Assembly: GCA_040357565.1 (NCBI GenBank) | Contig: JBDODJ010000020.1 | Source of the DNA: Cercozoa sp. M6MM | Taxonomy: Eukaryota > Protista > Endomyxa: Ascetosporea | Length of the DNA: 64,000 bases | Reading direction: 5' to 3' (one strand) | Part shown: piece after piece, positions 52,518 to 61,900 of the stretch | How positions within the stretch are numbered: position 1 is the stretch's first letter | Layout of the letters: each line of letters opens with the position of its first letter | Program-made: the position numbers and the translations under genes | The notes under the pieces: generated by a model | The model's database searches: none | The model's input: only the letters and a program-made list of their open reading frames with translations | Told to the model about the DNA's origin: nothing

Positions 52518-52828
52518 ATGGGCAAGGAATCAGGATGCGATCGCGAAGAGCAGTTCGAGGGTGTTTCTCTGTATCATGATATGGACTGTCTCGGGAAAAC
52601 CGGTGTTACCGACACAGACCGACTAATGGGCGGCACCTGCGGCAAGGAGTACCAGCGAATGAAGAAGTGTCTGGACGAGCACGACCGGTATTGTTTGCGT
52701 CCCTATTACTGACGTACCCAACTGCTCTGTGCAGAAGCTGGAGCATTTGCCAGGAGTACGTGCTCGCCGTTAAGATGTGCCACGAAAAGAAGAATCAGCG
52801 GCAGTCGCAGCCTAGTGAGTCGTCATAA
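52518..52828 (+). CDS. Twin CX9C mitochondrial IMS protein, COA4/Cmc3-like
   Basis: Three exons: MGKESGCDREEQFEDRLMGGT-C(X9)C-LDEHDRSWSI-C(X9)C-HEKK; the W before the third Cys is as in COA4. Confidence 0.8.
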
Positions 52829-53051
52829 AACGACAGTCAAAGTTTCTGGTTCTACTTTCTGTTAAGTCAATTAGTTAAAAAGAACCGGAAACTTCGCGTT
52901 CGGGCTTTCGCCGATATTAGCGCATCCTGGCAACAAAAGATGCGAAGTCAGTCACCGATTCCTTAACCTCTGAAAGTACTGGAAATCCGACTGTCGCTTT
53001 TGCCCTAATTTGACAGCCGTGGCAGTTCCGAGACGAGTGTGTGTAGGCATC

Positions 53052-53695
53052 ATGCGGTTAAAGAGGCTTTTTGTGGCTATGGTGTGCCTACAACCAGCTG
53101 TCACGGTGGCAACATCAAGTAACAAACCTGGAGTTCGACTTCTCAAAACAGGTTTCTTCTCTCAGTTTGCTCTCGATACTTCCAGTTAAGCGTTGTATTC
53201 GGAAACCAGCAACTTCAGACTCAGCTCCGCAACACCCTCCGTCAAAGTAGTGCTGTTTTGTCTACTTCGAGGGGCTGTCGTTGGCTTTGATAGGTTTCAG
53301 CCCGACTTGATAGGCAGCAGTGGCGTACCCCGTTGGAGCTGTTGCGATCGCTCATTCGAAACCTTAGTAAGACTGCCTTTTCTCGCTCAAGTAAGTTGAC
53401 TGAAATTAACTTGAGTGGGTCTTTTGGCAGAAAAGAAAGAGCAGGTCCCTCGAGCTCAAGAACACCCACCAATGTTGAACCCGTCGGAAGTGTGCAGTGA
53501 GTTTCACTCTTTCCTTTCAGTACCCCTACCTAGTGTACCTCTGATTTTGTATTCGATACTTTTGATTCAGGAGTGATGGACTGGGAGGCACTCCAGGAAC
53601 CCGAACTTCAGGCTTTGTGCAACATGACGCATTTCGTCGGTGAGTCGTGTCCCGTGTGTTACCAGGCGCACCGGACTTCCGGGTACCTGCAGTGA
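53052..53695 (+). CDS. Small hypothetical protein
   Basis: MRLKRLFVAM... with last exon GVMDWEALQEPELQALCNMTHFVGESCPVCYQ*; internal splicing unresolved. Confidence 0.3.
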
Positions 53696-53935
53696 GCGCC
53701 CGGTCCAGCTGTCTCTAACTAGTGCAGTGCAGTACTAAGTTTAACGTAAATTGAGTCACCGCACATCTTGTCGCAGCTGCGACTTCGTGCTTAGTTTAGT
53801 GTTTCCCATGTTGAATGTTACAGTAGTACCCTAGTTGTACGATGCTCCGTGACTTAGCAAGCCCGAGCCGAGCGGAGTTGCCGCGCATGGTTCGAATTCT
53901 AGCTGCAAGACCTGGTCAATGCCGGGGCCAACGGG

Positions 53936-54136
53936 TCACTCCGCGGCGTCTCGTGTGATCGGCGGCTGCTCAGGAACTTCACGCGGAGAGTCGAGCGTGT
54001 CTTCAGATTCCGCTTCCTCCGACTCTTCCATCTCCTCGCCAAAATCGTAATCACACGATTCCAACGAGAGCTCCGGCACGAATCGAACCCGCGCTGTTGT
54101 GTTTAAGTTAGTTTTCCACACACACCCACGTGCACC

Positions 54137-54199
<63 letters not shown>

Positions 54200-55500
54200 A
54201 CACACGCACCCACAAATTAAATTTCACAGATCCGAGCCCCGGTAATTTAAAGTAAGTTTACCCTCCTTGTCAATAGCCTTGTTCACCTGATTGCGCACCG
54301 GTAGAAGCCACACCTCGCCACCGCCAAAATCCAGCCAGGCTTGTACGCACCGAGTTGTTTGGTATCCTTGAGCCCCCAGTGGGTTTGGCCGTGTGGTTGT
54401 TCGCGAACTAAAAACGATTAAATTTACCCTAAATTTAGGTAATATCTCAGACACTGATCATGCACTCGCTTGAATAAACACCTGGGAGTTTACCTTTGCC
54501 CATTGCTTCGGTCACTGCTTGATCGATCAAGACGTGCACCGCCTGTCTCAGTCGTTCGACTGGGTTCCATTCAGTGACAACAGCGAATCAGTGGTTTCAG
54601 GGGACAACATAAGTTTACACACGCGTCGTTGCACTTCAGCTTGGAATTGCGGCGAGAAGCAGGTCGGAGGGAACTGTATTCCAAGACTTGCGCCCAAGCC
54701 CTTGGTGCGAGCGACGTCCCAAGGTGGCGTCACAAGGCCGTGGGTTCGAAGTTCCTGGTAGTAAATTTATGACTCCACGGCCTCGTTCATGACGTACTCT
54801 TCGACACCTTCGAGTGGAAGTGGCGGCGAAAGTGGCATGTAAAGCACCCAGCGAAGGTAGTCTAATCATGATTGGGTGACACAAGTACCCTTGCACAACA
54901 GCGCCTGGAGATTCGGTTGGTACCAGCGTTTCGTAGATACTCTTGCTCGAAAGTCGAGTCAGAAGCGAGCCCTAGGGCTTCGTCACGCCAGGTAGAGACG
55001 ATGTTCCAATCTTCAATGCCTAGACGCAGAGCGGACACAACACCCGGTTCGTTCAGTTGCACTGTTCAATTCACCGTATCGTAGAACTAGAGCACTGAGC
55101 AAGTGCAAGGTGGATCGTTACTGGCACCCATGTCGACCGCAGTCTGCAGAGCAGCAGGGCGCAGCATTTGCCGGATTTTCGCTTCTGCTTTTTAATCGAA
55201 AACCGAAACGCATATGAATCAAAGCAGCCGCAAGGAAGAGAAAATGACCAGTACCGGCGCGCATGTTGAGGGATTGCTCCTCTGGTAAGGCGGTAAAACT
55301 ACGACCTTCCACGAGTATCTTCTGGACATGGTCACGAAGAGCAGGGTCTTGAATGAGAGCGACTTGGTCCTCCCACACCCACATTGCCTGCACGTAGGCA
55401 CACGCGGACAGCATAAGACAAAAGAAGCGAGGCCAGCTCGACACTCGGACTCGAATGTGCATGGTATGTCTTTGGTAAATTTAGGCAAGATTCCGCTTTT
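53936..55500 (-). CDS. Multi-exon hypothetical protein with acidic C-terminus; start uncertain
   Basis: Exons AMWVWEDQVALIQDP, VVSALRLGIEDWN, VQAWLDFGGGEVW, DFGEEMEESEEAE. Confidence 0.45.
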
Positions 55501-55776
55501 CTGCAGGGTCGGAGGGGTAAAGAAAAACTGAAAGCAGGGAGTCTCAGCTCACACACGCCCTACGCACCCTACCGAAGGCCCAATTTCCTTAGTATACAAC
55601 ACAATGCCGAGACTGAAAACAGAGTCGGTTTACGCTGGAGTTTTGAATGGACCGGTGGTGTTTAACATGCACATGCAAACATAAAACTGCAGTCTTCTAG
55701 AGTGTTCGACATTTTGAGCAGAGTGACACGAACGAACTAATTTAACTACTAGCTAAACCTGGTAATCTTGGTCGAC

Positions 55777-56585
55777 TCATGATTGATTCGGCCGGCGGGG
55801 CTCGAAGGCGCCGAGAGCGTCGTTGAGTCGCTCGAACTGTCGCTGTGCACAGCGCGTTCGCATTCGCGTCTCGAGCATAAGCTGACTCGCCTGTGCAGTC
55901 CAGAGCAGACAGTCACCAATCAACAGAGTACCTTAGGCACACAAGGAACAAAGCAGGAGACTGACAGCGGACAGAAGTCGAGCGGCGCGGTGCACGTCAG
56001 CCGCGCGGTTTCGCGCGCGTTCTTGCTTCGCTTTCGACTGCGCCGACTGGTGTGCTATCCGCTGCACTCTGCAGGACTCACACGGAGAGACTGAGTACAG
56101 CAAAGAAGAAAGACAAGAGTTACGTGTGCTCGAGGATGGCTTGGTTCTCTTCCGACTGCTGTCGCAGCAGTGTGTAGTGTTGCCTCACGTCTGCATATCA
56201 TGCACATATACATATACATATATATATATATATAACTTATATATATATATATATATACATATATATAACTTTTTTATATAGATGTAATATGTACATGGAT
56301 ATACCAAGCAAGAGTTGCGTCAGTTCGTCGGAAAATGCGGCTCGATCGTTTCGCAGCGTTTCCGACGGCAGCTTGTGCGAAAGCGACTCGAACACGCGTA
56401 GTTGCTCCAGTCGCCCCAAGAGCTCCGGGTCGCCCTGCTTTTTGACCTCTTTCCTTCGCGTCTTCAGTGTCACTGGCCGGTTCTACAGAAGTGCAAAAAC
56501 TTCCCTCTCATTATTAGAACGGGCTGCATACCGTGCTCGGCGTCTTGGCGGCCTCTCGTGTGGCACGCGACTCCTCAGCGCCCAT
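55777..56585 (-). CDS. BORCS5: BORC subunit 5 (myrlysin)-like
   Basis: Myristoylation-type MGAEES; DPELLGRLEQLRVFESL (cf. DPDVIKLQEIPTFQPL); VRQHYTLLRQQSEENQAILEHL coiled coil; ends FERLNDAL..FEP. About 5 exons. Confidence 0.65.
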
Positions 56586-56878
56586 GCCGAAACTTGCAAA
56601 GCGAAAACGAAAGTGGCGATGCTGCTGGCAGATCGCTCCTAATCCCTTATGCCACTTACACTAAATGAGCAGTTATGGACACACGTGTGCTCAGCTCTTT
56701 GGTGCCGGAAAGCACAGCACGGTTTGGTATTTTTTGATACATCGTGCTCATTTTCTTTGGTGCCACTTACACTAAATGGATCTAGCCCTCAGATTGACGC
56801 GATCACTAAAACGTAAGCTCGGCAACGATAGGTGTGCTAAATGAGCGCATCGAGAACAAACCGGGTCGCCGCTGTGAT

Positions 56879-56952
56879 TCAGTCATCCTCGTCATCAAGC
56901 GGGAGCGACTCCATGAGACCGCGTCGTACGAGAGCTTGCTCGATGCGACTGC

Positions 56953-56988
<36 letters not shown>

Positions 56989-57379
56989 ATGCACGGAACA
57001 ACGCACATCCCGGACAGAGCGACTAGTACCGTATCCTGCTCATGATATCGTTCAGTCGCTGTCTGGTCTTGTTGATCTGGAAACAAGCAAAGCAGTATCC
57101 GCGCGGACGGAGCAAAACTCACAAAAGACAGGAAGAAACGCTTTTTCTTACCTTCTTGGCATTTAGCAGAAGCTCTTGCTGAAGTTCCGCGCGTCGTTGC
57201 TCGCCGTCCTGAAGGAAGCTCTCGACGGTACTCGCGGCTTCCTTAAGATTTCGCACTCTGTCACAAAAAGCGCAGTTTGCACAATCTCTTCACTCTCCTG
57301 CCAAGAGAATGCGTTACATGTCATCTTGAATTTCGGCTGCGTCACCCAACTCGTCGGTAAATCGACGAGGCAAGCTCAT
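56879..57379 (-). CDS. KXD1: KxDL motif protein / BORC subunit 4-like
   Basis: Four exons, ~94 aa. ELGDAAEIQ...ESF...QR...RQRLNDIMSRIRRIEQALVR aligns without gaps to the remembered KXD1 core (Q, F, R, L, I, RIR and L conserved). The KxDL motif is degenerate (RQRL). Confidence 0.65.
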
Positions 57380-57634
57380 CCAAGGTCAAGGCCACGATGT
57401 GACTGCAAACCATACACAAAAGTAATCGATCTTGCTGTCGTTCTGGACTACGAACGCATGTACGAACCCGCCATCAGTCTAACAACAACATACACACAAC
57501 GTTGCACTTGTTAATCGTTCTCCAACGGCCAACTTTGATGAGCTTCAGCCCCGGAGTGACGACCTGTTGCGCCAATTAAAAAAAACTAAAATTTCTTGGA
57601 AACGCTCTGGAATCGCTTTCATACGCCACCAAAC

Positions 57635-58319
57635 ATGCCGGTACGCTTGCCTGTAGATGATTCCTGCGCTGGCCTGCCCTAGCCGCGAATTTTCGCGTTT
57701 CGGTCATTCTGTGCCGCCTGGGCCCCTGTGGCGTCACTGCGCTGTGTGAGCTTGCCTGCGGCACGCACGGAGCGCTGCAAGACCAGTTTTGTCTGTTCCG
57801 CGGGCGTTCTTGTGGCGTTCCTTGCGTGCTGCTGGCGCGTGTGTGGGCTGCACGCTCCAGTGTTGTGTTTCAGCACGCGTTTCCCGCTGTCTGGCGCTTG
57901 TGGGTGTGATTTTGGTGTATTGGGCTGTTTTGTGGCTGGGCGCGTTTTGTTTGGTGTGTCAGTGTGTCCCAGTGTGTTACGTTTTGATTTGTGTGTGCAT
58001 GGCAGGTTCGTGATCTGCTGCACCCCGATCCCCAGGAGGAGCTCCGCAAGCACAAGCTGAAGCGCCTGGTTCAGTCGCCGAACTCGTTCTTCATGCTCGT
58101 GAAGTGCCCGAACTGCGCTCAGCTGTGAGTTGTCTCCCCAGTCGAAATCGAAAGCAAGGCGGCGGTGTTTACGGTGTGTGTTGCTTGTGCAGCTCGACGG
58201 TGTACTCGCACTCGCAGACCGTCGTGTTCTGCGCCGCCTGCGCCACGAAGCTGTGCACGCCCACCGGTGGCCGTGCCCGCATGAGCGAGGGCTGCAAGTG
58301 GATGCCGGTGTCGCACTAA
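57635..58319 (+). CDS. RPS27: 40S ribosomal protein S27 (eS27)
   Basis: Exon 1 ATGCCG (57635-57640), intron 57641-58005, then [30 protein letters not shown], intron, [29 protein letters not shown]. Confidence 0.97.
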
Positions 58320-58936
58320 GCGCGCCACGCATGTGTCTTCTGCGTGTGCGCGTGAGTGCCCGTGGTCTCCTTCGTTGCCGCCGCCGTGCGTGATTATTCC
58401 GCCGACTGTGCCTTCGATCCGATGGGACGCATGCGTGCACCGCCTCACGTCGACGACACACGTTTCACAACAAAAATAAACACTCCCCACGTCTTCGTTA
58501 GTTTTGGTGGAACTAATGCAGTTTGCGTTTCCTGTATCATGAAAGTACTTTGTACTTTACTACGATAGTTTAGTCGAGTCCTTTCAAGAGCCAAGAATAG
58601 ATAGTCTCGGTGATCGATCGATATTCTGTCACAATCGACTGTGGAAATAGTCGCTCACGCCGATCGACCGGTATAGCACTCGTAAAATCGTGTGTGGGCG
58701 TTTAGAAGACTGAAGGGCGCTGGCCCAATTGATTTCGAAAAAGATTATCAACTGGTGTCCGTCTCGCGTCCTGGAGCTGCAGCAGCGTGTGCTAAGACGT
58801 GCTAGCAGCCGTGTGAGACTTGTATCACAGTAGCAACGACAATTGAGACACAGTGCAACTCGAAAGTGTGTGCCGTGTTGAGTGTTGGATTGAGTGACCC
58901 ACGCCCTGAGCCAGAGTTGCGGAAGGAAGACATCGG

Positions 58937-61900
58937 ATGGGCGGCGAGGTCAAGCCTGATGACCGGCGCTTCGTGGGCAAAGTGCTCGGCAAGCAGCAGA
59001 CGCCGCGTTTCTTTGAATGGTAGTCTGCCCCCTCCTCCCGTCTCAGTGTTGATTCGATGTGCATGTATGTGTTGTCTGACTGCACAGGTGCATGTGTTCC
59101 TACGGCGGTGCCAAGAACGAGCGCGCCAAGAAAGAGCGAATTCTGGTAGGCTTGTGTGTGTACTCTGCCTTTAGTATGTCACAACCCATGCTATTTGCAC
59201 ACAGGTCATCAGCGACCTTCGCGTACTCGTGATTAGCAAGCGCAAACTCAGCGGGTACGCACTGGCTACGCTGTTTTGACTTGAGTCTATCTGTACTGAA
59301 GTACATTTGTACCTGAGTACATTGGTATCTGAGTACATTGGTACCTGGGTACACTTGTACAGACTGTCTGTTCGCGAGTCGCACCCAGTATCGGCACTGC
59401 GCATCTTCAAGATCGACGAGGCTCCTATGTCAACCAAGAAGAGTAGCTCTCCTGACTGGGGAGGGGGGTAAAGGGGGGGGGGGGTAAGCCTTTGCCTCTG
59501 CGTAGAGAACGCGTCGTCGGTGCAAGCCACCATGGTGTTCGGACAGGCAGACGAGCTGCTTTCGGTACTTGGTTCTCACCCCCTTCACCCATCCTCCTTC
59601 ACTCATGACATGTGGACAGGTGGCATGTGAGAAAGACATGGCTTCTCGCATCGCCTGTGCTTTGGTAGCTTGTTTACTCCCTCCGTTGCCCTTCCTTCTT
59701 GTTACCTTCATGCTATTCCCCCATGCCCTATGTTATTCCCCCATGCCCTATGTTATTCCCCATGCCCCTCTGCTATTCCCCATGATATTTTCCACGTTAT
59801 TCCCGGATGTACAACAGATGAAGTCGAGTGCACTGGCGACGGCACTGTGGCCCGTCGACAAACGGCCGTGTTTCGCACTTGACGAGGTTGCTTGTTTCTT
59901 TATCCCCCTTTGCCCCCCGTTTATTCCCTTTGTATCCTCTTGTCACCCTCTCCACTCAGGAGTACCTGACTGGCTACATCGAAACACCGATCGGCCCGCG
60001 GACAGCTCTGGCACACGCCTACGATTGTGTACAATTGGACCGACCTGTTGTACAAACGGACAAGGTGACAGAGTAGCCACTGTTGTTATTGTTGCGTAGG
60101 CGTGCGACGCTTTGGGCGTAGCGTCCAAGGAGACCATTCGCGCGGAACTGCAGGGCGATGAGGACCCAGTGCAGGGTGCGCAGACCCGTCGGCGTCCACG
60201 CGGACAGACGCTTGACCTGCGACGTGCCATTCTCGGCGCTGACGACGAGCAGAACGGCATCGACATCGACAGCGCCGCCGACAGCGGCAGCACCGACGCC
60301 GTCGACGACAATGCTCGCAGCGACACCGACAAAAGCAGCAACACCGAGGTAGAGATCTTGTCTTTTCTGCCTTCTCTGCCTTCCCTGCCTTCTCTGCCTT
60401 CCCTGCCTTCTCTGCCGTCCGAGTGATCTGTTTGTCCCTTCTTCTGCTTACAGGGCGAAGCAGCGACGGCAACAGCACCGGTGTGCTCGATTCCGACCGT
60501 TGAGTTGTGCAACCACCTGCGTGCACTCTTGCCGGCACTTCACTACTCCAATGTACACTTTGCTCTGCCGTGAGTTGAGTTGACTTAAGTTGACTTGAGT
60601 TGACTTGAGTTGACTTGAGTTGCTTTGCGTTGGCAGGTTTATAACGGCATCGAAGTCAAATCACTCCCAATCGGTACAGTCTGCTCTGTGATGCCTCCAT
60701 GTCTCTTTTAGATACCTCCGATGCTCAGGCGACGAAGGTCTCGCTCTACTTTCGCAGTTCCTTCGCGATCGAGAGTCCGCGCGGAAGCCGGTGTGTTTTG
60801 GCCCGTGTTTTACGATTTCAGTGTTTTAAATTAACTTTGACGTATTAGGTGCGTGTGCTGCGACTCGTCGATGTACGAGCGGGCAAGCAAGGCTTCTCTA
60901 CATTGTTTCAAGCACTTACCGAGGTGCACCAGAGGTACCTTCCGTTCTTGCTTTTTGTTTTTGTGAATGAATGAATTGGTGTGCTTCCGCAGCGAAAGTA
61001 GCGGCCTCAGTCTGCAGGAACTTGATCTCTCAGAAAACGCGCTCGCTGTGAGCCTGGACTTCTCGTTTTTGCGATTCATGCGCTTGCGGTACTTTTCGGG
61101 AGGCTCAAGTGTCCTAGTTTGTCCAGCAGATGGCTCACTTTCTTACAGACACCTACGATTGCGTCGGTGCGATTTGACGTCGTCCAAAGCAACGGCGCCC
61201 ATTCTGCGTGAGTCATTTTGTGTTCTAAAGCTCTTACAGGAGTTTCTGACTGTAGAATCACTCGTGGAGACGCACGAGACACGTCAGGTACTCCAGTTAT
61301 TTCAAACTCCGTATAACACCCAGTTTAACCGAATAACCCTCACAGGCGCTCGTGTCGCTCGATCTGTCGTACAACAGCATCAAACGCAAGTCATCACATG
61401 TGGTAGTACTCAGTTTCGAGTAGTACTCAGTTTCACTGTTTAACAAAGGTTATGTGTTTGTATTTTGAACGTTTTTCGACCTCTTGGTTAGGTGGCCGAA
61501 TTCTTGGAGAAGTTGAGTGATTCGCACGACACACGACTGCGTTTCTTGTCGCTTGCACACACAGTACCTGTTCTCACATACACTGTACGACTTAAGAAAC
61601 GACAAATTAACTCGACAGGGCTGTGATCTGCAAGCTGTGCTTTCTTCGCTCCATGCGTCGCGTTTCCTCCGAACACGAGTGCTGCGTGCGCTTTCGTTGA
61701 GAGGGTAAACTCTCTCTTTCTTCGTGTGCCCACGCAGACCTGCACTCATTTAAATGAGCAGATGCAAGATGTCAGACGGTGCAGCAGCCATCTTGGCGCG
61801 CATCATCGCAACGACATTCTCATTGTGCGTCAGTCAATATTGAAAATTGTTTTGGAAGAAACGCTGTCTCGTGGATGGACTCGTTTTGTTTCCAGGTGTC

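Larger units (their letters stand above)
3934..60785. repeat. Dispersed 10-bp palindrome TCCGCGCGGA (at least 21 perfect copies)
   Basis: Starts at 3934, 5500, 5519, 5964, 6157, 6264, 6495, 6660, 17789, 18528, 25338, 31654, 32952, 33102, 35800, 40906, 40964, 42595, 44303, 57098 and 60776. Confidence 0.95.

Noticed and set aside
53860-53915. tRNA-like GGTTCGAAT (similar GGTTCGAAG at 54743)
   Set aside because: No T-stem or acceptor-stem pairing and no D-loop; 54743 is antisense to an exon.
57560-57622. Minus-strand ATG 12 nt from the RPS27 start
   Set aside because: Cannot be spliced in frame to the KXD1-like exons, which have their own ATG at 57379.
3934-60785. TCCGCGCGGA as a transposon end, introner or library adapter
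   Set aside because: Flanks are unrelated, there are no TSDs, and copies sit in frame within intact exons, including the conserved DPRG motif of the oxidase.
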